Shown here in pieces: positions 57,748-64,000 of a stretch of 64,000 nt of DNA (position 1 is its first letter; every line of letters begins with the position of its first letter). The translations under genes were made by a program, and so were the position numbers. The notes below the pieces were generated by a model. The model was not told the DNA's origin and did no database searches. It saw nothing but the letters and a program-made list of their open reading frames with translations. Source of the stretch: Candidatus Aenigmatarchaeota archaeon (lineage in GTDB: Archaea; Aenigmatarchaeota; Aenigmatarchaeia; CG10238-14; SCSR01); the NCBI GenBank assembly GCA_016181005.1, contig JACPAE010000004.1, positions 78,646 to 142,645 on the forward strand, in the 5' to 3' direction.

Positions 57748-58263
57748 TCATTCGAAGATTATCACTATTTCATCCCCATCTCTAATAACATATTTTTCAA
57801 AGTCGTTATTTAATTTGTTATTTACAAACATTTTCACGCTTCCTTCAGGACCATTGCAAAATTCGAAAATACAGTTCTTGTTAAAAGTCTTTCCCCAAAC
57901 TTGGAAGAAATTACCCAGATACATATCCTGTGATGTTGGTGCATGCATCATAACTTCCCAATGTAGCGTGCCAGTAGCATCGTGAGTATGCATATTCGTC
58001 ATGTCCATCATACTGTCATAAAAGGGGCTGCTTGCATATTCGCTACCTATCCCTATATTGGCGGGTATAGCAACTTTCTCACCTTTTATTATTATTTCAA
58101 GATTAGGATGCCAGTGTATAGGTTTATTGGGTAAAACAACATTGTCGGTTATTTTTGAAAAAGAAAACAAAGAGTATAGGCCCATCAATAAGCCAATAGA
58201 ACCCAAAACAACGACAAAAATTACTATTATGTTTTCATTTCTTTTCATACTATCTCGTTGCAT
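57748..58263 (-). CDS. secreted protein with His-rich domain (paralog 2 of 3)
   Basis: TM/signal, then IHWHPNLEIIIKGEKVAIP...NMHTHDATGTLHWEV...YVIRDGDEIVIIFE. Confidence 0.5.
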   Translation of the reverse strand: MQRDSMKRNENIIVIFVVVLGSIGLLMGLYSLFSFSKITDNVVLPNKPIHWHPNLEIIIKGEKVAIPANIGIGSEYASSPFYDSMMDMTNMHTHDATGTLHWEVMMHAPTSQDMYLGNFFQVWGKTFNKNCIFEFCNGPEGSVKMFVNNKLNNDFEKYVIRDGDEIVIIFE

Positions 58264-59053
58264 TGACTACCTTATTCTGATCGAGATCCTTATAAGTTCC
58301 CATCAGTTCCGTGCTCCTGAAAACATACCAGCCGTCATCCTCGACAGTTCCGACATCATTCCAAATGCCAACTAAAGACGGATATACGGAAGCATCAGGG
58401 GAAAGAATTATCGTAGGCACTTTTGTTATGCTGTACTTTTGCAGCAGTTCTTTCCCTGCAGTCGACGATACATCATAAGTCAGAGACTTGTCTACATAAA
58501 TGCCGAAGTTTGGAAGTACCTGCATATGGTTCTCCACATCATAGCACTCCAGACAAGAGTTATCCGTGAGCCTTATCACTTCAACGAGGCCGACAACACG
58601 CTCTGTGTCCAGCCTGTAATATGGCGGGATGTGGTCGATAACAACAACATTGTCAACAGCCTCCACACCAATCCTCGCCCACAAATGGGCAATATTTGCC
58701 TGTGAAACCTCTCCGGTGATGACTAGAGCCGGGAGACTTGCTATACCGTTCTTCGCAATTATGTCCTGCGCTTCATCGCCCTTATAATCCAAATTCTTTT
58801 CCTGGACAACATTAACATTCTGGTCCTTGATGAACTCAGCAACTCGCGACATGTCATAACAGTTTTCGCAATCGGCAGCCGTTATCAAGGCGAAATGCAA
58901 GTTTGCAGGCCTCTCCTGCTGGAGCTTCGACCTGATCGGCTCAAGCGCACTATTTGTAAGGAAAATGTTTATGCCATAAATAATAACCAAGGCTATTGCA
59001 AGCCCTACGAATGCATTGCGCACCAGTTCATTGTGCCTCTTGCGTTTTCTCAA
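58250..59053 (-). CDS. membrane-anchored protein with two thioredoxin-like repeats
   Basis: N-terminal TM, then two repeats each with CxxC (CENC, CLEC) and cis-Pro-like motifs (LPALVITGE, VPTIILSPD). Confidence 0.5.
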   Translation of the reverse strand: MRKRKRHNELVRNAFVGLAIALVIIYGINIFLTNSALEPIRSKLQQERPANLHFALITAADCENCYDMSRVAEFIKDQNVNVVQEKNLDYKGDEAQDIIAKNGIASLPALVITGEVSQANIAHLWARIGVEAVDNVVVIDHIPPYYRLDTERVVGLVEVIRLTDNSCLECYDVENHMQVLPNFGIYVDKSLTYDVSSTAGKELLQKYSITKVPTIILSPDASVYPSLVGIWNDVGTVEDDGWYVFRSTELMGTYKDLDQNKVVNATR

Positions 59054-59089
59054 CTAGACAACTCCTTTAAAAATGAAGAAAAGGAAAGC

Positions 59090-59278
59090 TTACCCGCAAC
59101 CGCCAACTTGCGAAGCCTGCGACAACTGGGAAAGCACGCCAGACTGAGAACTTACGGCAGCCGTTCCTACCACACCGCTGGATATGGCCTGGGTCAATGT
59201 AACAAGCTGTATCGCCTGCACACCTGCCATTAGCACCAATATTCCCATCAGCGCAAGCAGCACCATGTTCGTGTTCAT
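59090..59278 (-). CDS. small secreted low-complexity peptide ending in GGCG
   Basis: Signal/TM MVLLALMGILVLMAGVQA, then a Ser/Gln/Val-rich tail with a C-terminal Cys. Confidence 0.3.
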   Translation of the reverse strand: MNTNMVLLALMGILVLMAGVQAIQLVTLTQAISSGVVGTAAVSSQSGVLSQLSQASQVGGCG

Positions 59279-59299
59279 CTAACAACCTCCTTAATTAAT

Positions 59300-59575
59300 T
59301 TAATCATTATCTAATAAATGCCCTTTGCAGCCATGCTCTATGCTGCATTGCACCAATTCCCCGAACTTTGGAACGCCTTCAAACATCTTCCTGCCGTTTC
59401 CAACTATTGTCGGAATTGTTCTGACATTGTATTTTTTTGCCTCTTTCATGCCCTGGCTTTTGGCAAGATCGTATATCCGCAGAGAGCATTTCGCGCCCAT
59501 AACTTTTCTTACCATGTCCTCTGTTTTTGTGCAAAGATGGCAACCGCTTACGAATAACTCAATATCCATTGGCAT
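59300..59575 (-). CDS. thioredoxin/glutaredoxin-like protein
   Basis: CHLC CxxC and TIPTIV cis-Pro motif; 91 aa. Confidence 0.55.
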   Translation of the reverse strand: MPMDIELFVSGCHLCTKTEDMVRKVMGAKCSLRIYDLAKSQGMKEAKKYNVRTIPTIVGNGRKMFEGVPKFGELVQCSIEHGCKGHLLDND

Positions 59576-59579
59576 TTAC

Positions 59580-60974
59580 TCACAACCCCAGGCCCTGCAG
59601 ATACTGCTTAACGGCATAAGAGCCTGATAAGGATGAATATTGCTTTCCGGCAACCAGTTCTCTATCCACATCGTTCCAATCTTTGTTTTCCGCCAATTTA
59701 AAGTACAGTGCGTCCTGTATGTATGTTGCGGGGAACCAGTATGAGTTGAACTTGACGAATGCATCAAACATCTCCTCCTCACTGTAGCCTTGATGAGCCA
59801 TGAGCTCAACCAATCCAAGTGCAGAGAACCCGTGCGAGCAGTCTGGCGCAGACGTAGGATTGCCGCAGCACGGCCTGTACGAGTTCTTCGCGACCTTCTC
59901 GGCTTTAGCCTGCTGTTCAGGCGTCAGCTCAATGAGACTTGTGTCGCCGTAGCCTGCCTTGCCTACGCCTATATCATAATCGCCAAAATACTGCGCAAAC
60001 GGGCTGTCGTGCAGAATCTGGTTGTCGTTGTGCTTGCCCAGCGTCCAGAGTACGTACATCATAAAGACGCCATTGTCTGAATTGATCGTAAGCTTTTCGT
60101 CCGAATAGTCCGATGTCAGCAATGTTTTTTGTTCAGTTGTCAGGGGCTTGCCATACCTTTTCGTCATTATATCGTCCAGCTTGTCCACGTCAAGAACGCC
60201 CGCCTTGACCATCTTGCTCACAGAATCTCCCCATTTAGCGTCTATTGTGAAACCTTTCTCCGGCAGAACCTCCAGGGCAACCGAGTCTACATCAACCTTT
60301 CCATCTGTGCTTGTAGCAGAGCCCGTTGTGCTGACTGCGTTCCCTGTGACGATTGGCATTAACTGATAGCCGAAAATCAGCAAGGCCGCGACAGTAATGC
60401 CGATGAAGGCGTATGTCTGCAAAGGAGTTAGTTCATCGCTGAAAGAATGCCTGGATCTCTTTAAAGCAGCTTCTGTTGTGGTGCATGCTATGCAAATGTT
60501 GTCGTATGAAAATCTTACCGTAAGCAAAACTCCAACGGCCAGCAGGGCAAGTCCGGCAATCTGTATCCAAATCAGGTATGGTATAACTGAGACAAGCGGA
60601 ATGGTTATGAAACTGCCAAGGACAAGAAAGTTCACGCCAAGGCACACCGGGCACACTGCAGCGAACGCTCCTGCGGCCATTCCCAAGAACGACGTGCCTC
60701 TTGAAATAGCCTTGTTCTGAATGGAGTATCTAGTCAGCGTGACAATCAGCGAGGCCATTAAAGACGCTGCTGCAATGTAGAAATAATCAAACAGCCCTGG
60801 TTTCACATCCTTGAAAAATCCCAGCTCGATAATAGGGATTACAAAAATCCCATAGAAGAAAGAGTACAGCAACAAAAATCCAACTAGGGCAGCGAGAAAA
60901 AACTTTAGGTTCTTTTTTGCGACCACGGTTAAAGTGTTTGAAAAGACTTGTTTAATAGAAGATTTTTTCCTCAT
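59580..60974 (-). CDS. polytopic membrane protein with intramembrane CxxC pairs and Cys-rich extracytoplasmic C-terminal domain
   Basis: CPVCLG and CIAC within hydrophobic segments; C-terminal YRPCCGNPTSAPDCSHGF; 464 aa. Confidence 0.45.
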   Translation of the reverse strand: MRKKSSIKQVFSNTLTVVAKKNLKFFLAALVGFLLLYSFFYGIFVIPIIELGFFKDVKPGLFDYFYIAAASLMASLIVTLTRYSIQNKAISRGTSFLGMAAGAFAAVCPVCLGVNFLVLGSFITIPLVSVIPYLIWIQIAGLALLAVGVLLTVRFSYDNICIACTTTEAALKRSRHSFSDELTPLQTYAFIGITVAALLIFGYQLMPIVTGNAVSTTGSATSTDGKVDVDSVALEVLPEKGFTIDAKWGDSVSKMVKAGVLDVDKLDDIMTKRYGKPLTTEQKTLLTSDYSDEKLTINSDNGVFMMYVLWTLGKHNDNQILHDSPFAQYFGDYDIGVGKAGYGDTSLIELTPEQQAKAEKVAKNSYRPCCGNPTSAPDCSHGFSALGLVELMAHQGYSEEEMFDAFVKFNSYWFPATYIQDALYFKLAENKDWNDVDRELVAGKQYSSLSGSYAVKQYLQGLGL

Positions 60975-60992
60975 AATACCATTATTCTGTCG

Positions 60993-61667
60993 TTACCTAT
61001 TTAATACCATTGTCCTTCCGGAGTTGTCCTTGGAAAAGTCTGTGACATTGTTTTGCTGCAATGCAATCTCCTCGTCAGTTTCATCGCCGTAAGTAATAAG
61101 AATCTTGTCCAAGTCCTTGAAGACATACTTTTCATATTCAGAGTTCTGTTCCCACGCGCCGTCAGCATGCTTGATGTACATCTTCAAAGTCGCGGAGCCA
61201 GAGTTGCAGTATTTTTTGGCGCCAGTGACTTCGAAGCATTCCAAATTAAACCTCATCCCCAAGCTGTCGAAGAACATCTTTAGCGGTACTCCTGTGGAGT
61301 GTATGTGTGTGACAGTGCCTGCTCCAGGACCTTCTTCTATATGCACGTAAGAACTCCTGACATAGAATTGCGGGGGCAGAGGCGTTATTTCTTCACCGTT
61401 CAAGTGTATTCCAATGTCCGCATGGATGTGAGTTGAGCCTACGGGTCCTATATTCGGGGAATTCGATAACGACCAGTAAATTCCGTATCCGACAGCGCCC
61501 ACAACAAGCAAAGGTATCAGGATTAGCAGAATCTTGCCCTTAGTTATTTTGCTTTTCCTCTGATGATGGTGGACAGGCTGCTCCTTATGCGCGTCATTCC
61601 TATGCTGGCTAAGGGCTTCGTTGGTTTTGAATTTCCTGCCGCATACGTCGCACGAAACCTTTTCCAT
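60993..61667 (-). CDS. C2H2 zinc finger-TM-His-rich domain protein (paralog 3 of 3)
   Basis: N-terminal CDVCGRKFKTNEALSQHRNDAH, His-rich linker, TM, then THIHADIGIHLNGEEI...VTHIHSTG domain. Confidence 0.5.
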   Translation of the reverse strand: MEKVSCDVCGRKFKTNEALSQHRNDAHKEQPVHHHQRKSKITKGKILLILIPLLVVGAVGYGIYWSLSNSPNIGPVGSTHIHADIGIHLNGEEITPLPPQFYVRSSYVHIEEGPGAGTVTHIHSTGVPLKMFFDSLGMRFNLECFEVTGAKKYCNSGSATLKMYIKHADGAWEQNSEYEKYVFKDLDKILITYGDETDEEIALQQNNVTDFSKDNSGRTMVLNR

Positions 61668-61675
61668 GAACCTTA

Positions 61676-62167
61676 TTGTTTAAATCTGCTTTAAATAAAT
61701 ATCGTTTAATGGCAAAGAAAAAATTTGTCTGGCACGAGCCTAAGAGTGTGCCAAAGCCTGTTATCGACATGATAATAGAAAAGGGCGGCAAGATGCTGCT
61801 GTACAAGCGCGACATATACCCGTTCAAGGGGAAGTATTGCGTCATCGGCGGCTTTGTGGAAGATGGCGAGGCTGTTGAAGAGACTGCCTTGAGGGAAGTA
61901 AAGGAAGAGACAGGCCTGAAAGTAAAGCTCACTCACATACTCGGAGTTTATTCGGACAAGAAGCGGGATCCAAGGTTCCACACTATAAGCACGGTCTTTA
62001 TCGGGAAAGTTGTTGGTGGTAGGCTGAGAAGCAGCTACGAGGGCAAAGTTGAATGGGTGGAAATAGGCAAAATAGATGTTAACAATATGGGATTTGACCA
62101 TGGCACGATGGTAAGAGATTATATTAGATGGAAAAGGAAGAAGGGGACTTACTGGAGCACGAAATAA
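61676..62167 (+). CDS. NUDIX hydrolase
   Basis: Nudix box GGFVEDGEAVEETALREVKEETGL. Confidence 0.8.
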   Translation: MFKSALNKYRLMAKKKFVWHEPKSVPKPVIDMIIEKGGKMLLYKRDIYPFKGKYCVIGGFVEDGEAVEETALREVKEETGLKVKLTHILGVYSDKKRDPRFHTISTVFIGKVVGGRLRSSYEGKVEWVEIGKIDVNNMGFDHGTMVRDYIRWKRKKGTYWSTK

Positions 62168-62800
62168 CTAGAATCTTTTGTCAATCTCTTTCTGGATTCT
62201 TTTGGCGCACCTTGTGGCGATTTCGTCTGGGCTGTCATTGGCATCTATGTATTCGACGTTGAACTCATTGGCAAAATCCTTAGGCAGGTTGTAGTAAACC
62301 TTCAGCTCTTCCTCTAGATGCTCCTTCGTCTCAAACCTGTCGAACTCCTTCTTGCCAAGCTGGCTCCTTTTATGGACTTCATTTCCAAGAACTCTCAATA
62401 TAAGCGTCAGGTCAGGCACATTCTTGTTGAACTTGTTTATCTGCCTCATCCAGGCCAAGTCAGACTTTCCTATAAGGCTCTGGTAGATGTAGGTGGAAAG
62501 AAGAGACCTCTCCTGGATGACCACAAAGTTATCCTTCGACTCTTTCAAAGGCTTTATAACGCTCTCATAATGGTGAAGGTGGTCTGCGGCGAATGCAAGA
62601 GAAAACACATTGGAAGAGACTTGATCGGCAGAGTTGGCAAGAATTCTCGTGAAAAATCCCGTTGAAGAATTGCTGGGGAGCTGGGTTCTCTTGAAAATTA
62701 TCTTCTTGTTCTCATTTCTGAGTATTTCTACAATCAGGTTTGATACAGTTGACTTGCCTGAAAAGTCAGGTCCGTCTATGCTGATTACAAGCGCTGGCAT
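62168..62800 (-). CDS. Thymidylate kinase-like P-loop nucleotide kinase
   Basis: ISIDGPDFSGKST P-loop, as in dTMP kinases; 210 aa. Confidence 0.5.
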   Translation of the reverse strand: MPALVISIDGPDFSGKSTVSNLIVEILRNENKKIIFKRTQLPSNSSTGFFTRILANSADQVSSNVFSLAFAADHLHHYESVIKPLKESKDNFVVIQERSLLSTYIYQSLIGKSDLAWMRQINKFNKNVPDLTLILRVLGNEVHKRSQLGKKEFDRFETKEHLEEELKVYYNLPKDFANEFNVEYIDANDSPDEIATRCAKRIQKEIDKRF

Positions 62801-62831
62801 AATTGATTATTGAAAGTTTTGTTTTAAATCT

Positions 62832-63992
62832 TCAAACAGCCCAAAACCTTTTCGTCCTTGCGAACTGTTTCTCAGCTTCGAGAATGTCCTTCATGAAAGC
62901 ATCCTCATCCTTGTGATACTTCGCCAAAATCCTTTTTGCAGTAGTAGCGCCCACGCCTTTTCCTGCAAGGGCCTTGACAGCCTTGGCACGATAATACATA
63001 AACAAATCAGCCCTACTCTTCATGTTTTCATACCTCTTCTTCTCCTCTTCCGTCAGTCCGCTCTTCCTCAAAGCCTTCTTCACAATCTTCCCTCCACCGA
63101 TCCACTGCTTGTTCAATGCCGCTAAAAGCTTTGAATCGCACTTGCCACACTTCAACCTATCCCCAACTTCCTTCACATAATAGATCTGGTCCCAATTGCC
63201 ACAATTGATGCAAACCAATCTAAGCTGAGTATTCAACAGCCTCTGCTTGAACAATTCAAAAATCTCCATCTCCGGCTTGGCAGGCCCGACAATTTCCGCA
63301 TACTTGTGCTTAATCCCAATCTTCCCCAAGTGCGACAAGCCGTTCTTGAAGACAACATTAATCTCCTTCTTCTGTATCTTCTTCAGAATATCCACAGCCT
63401 TCTCAACATCAAACTTTTCAGTCAGCAACTCCTTTATGGTCTCCTTGTAAATCGGCGTGCCTGCAAAATCCTCAATCACCTTCTTCATCCTCACCTTTCC
63501 AAAGTCGGCATCCCTAGTTATCGCTCCAAACCTCTTCGCCACATGCACAAACTTCCACGCAAACAACTCGCTATTGCTCAACGACAATTCTAGATAGCTC
63601 TGCAAGTGCTCCGGATTCGTGCCGAAAAGAATCTCCTTAACAAGCTCTACATTCTTCTTCTGGAACTCTATCATTATCCTGTACGGATCTGTCTTGAATC
63701 CGACAGAGCCAATCCTGCTGGTGAGCAATGCAACAATGAACCTGCCCAAAGTCTCGTTAACAGTGTTTCCAGCACATGTATGAATAATAACCAAGTTCTC
63801 AAAATCCTCCACCAGAATAGTCTTGTCGTCAGGAACGATTCCGAACTGCTTCTGCTTCTTGATGACGTCAATCATTTCTTTTGCACAGTTGTCGTCAACA
63901 GGGTACTTGTTCTGTATTTCTTTCACAAGACTCGATTTCTTCTCCAACTCTTGTTTAATAAATCTCCTAAGCTGTCCGACCTCCCGCGTCAC
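62832..63992 (-). CDS. hypothetical protein, probably 5'-truncated by the window edge
   Basis: ORF begins with GTG at 63990-63992 and the frame stays open to the window end; contains a CINCGNW...CGKCD Zn-ribbon-like element. Confidence 0.3.
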   Translation of the reverse strand: MTREVGQLRRFIKQELEKKSSLVKEIQNKYPVDDNCAKEMIDVIKKQKQFGIVPDDKTILVEDFENLVIIHTCAGNTVNETLGRFIVALLTSRIGSVGFKTDPYRIMIEFQKKNVELVKEILFGTNPEHLQSYLELSLSNSELFAWKFVHVAKRFGAITRDADFGKVRMKKVIEDFAGTPIYKETIKELLTEKFDVEKAVDILKKIQKKEINVVFKNGLSHLGKIGIKHKYAEIVGPAKPEMEIFELFKQRLLNTQLRLVCINCGNWDQIYYVKEVGDRLKCGKCDSKLLAALNKQWIGGGKIVKKALRKSGLTEEEKKRYENMKSRADLFMYYRAKAVKALAGKGVGATTAKRILAKYHKDEDAFMKDILEAEKQFARTKRFWAV

Positions 63993-64000
63993 ATCATGCA

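Noticed and set aside
59067-59285. 72-aa ORF overlapping the small GGCG peptide ORF in another frame
   Set aside because: It has the same strand and locus. The frame with a signal-peptide-like N-terminus was preferred, and both remain low confidence.
1-64000. CRISPR arrays, rRNA genes, integrase or transposase genes
   Set aside because: No regularly spaced short direct repeats, no rRNA-like conserved stretches, and no recombinase motifs were seen on either strand.

Overview
This is an AT-rich (about 40% GC by eye) archaeal chromosomal segment. The archaeal assignment rests on aIF2-alpha, Nop10, a PAC2 chaperone, archaeal-type uS2, an intron-containing tRNA, ADP-forming acetyl-CoA synthetase, a Dpo4-like polymerase and TATA-like promoters. 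Housekeeping content includes an NrdR-regulated class II ribonucleotide reductase, a 2-oxoacid dehydrogenase E1/E2 operon with a complete lipoylation toolkit (LplA, LipA, LipB), translation and ribosome genes, and thiol-redox genes (TrxB, Trx, Grx, ArsR). Metabolic genes include glutamate-family dehydrogenase, carbamate kinase, ornithine carbamoyltransferase, aldehyde dehydrogenase, 6PGDH-like protein and PGI/PMI. The most notable feature is a complete diversity-generating retroelement (DGR) at about 36.4-38.5 kb. It has a target gene with a 3' variable repeat (VR), a template repeat (TR) about 245 bp downstream that differs from VR only at TR adenines (AAC/AAT codons in TR), and a reverse transcriptase carrying the DGR-specific LGNLTSQ motif. 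Other accessory features are a free-standing LAGLIDADG endonuclease-like gene next to the DGR and a roughly 98-nt conserved element present twice (once inside the DGR). A RelE-type toxin-antitoxin cassette is inserted between E1-beta and E2 and flanked by 49-bp direct repeats that duplicate the E2 start; a second paralogous RelE pair lies elsewhere. There is a frameshifted Gfo/Idh/MocA oxidoreductase, and a roughly 12-kb copper/thiol-disulfide island (CopA, TRASH chaperone, two CcdA, ArsR, thioredoxin-fold proteins, a Met-rich protein) containing three paralogs of an uncharacterised His-rich secreted domain. No CRISPR array or rRNA was seen.
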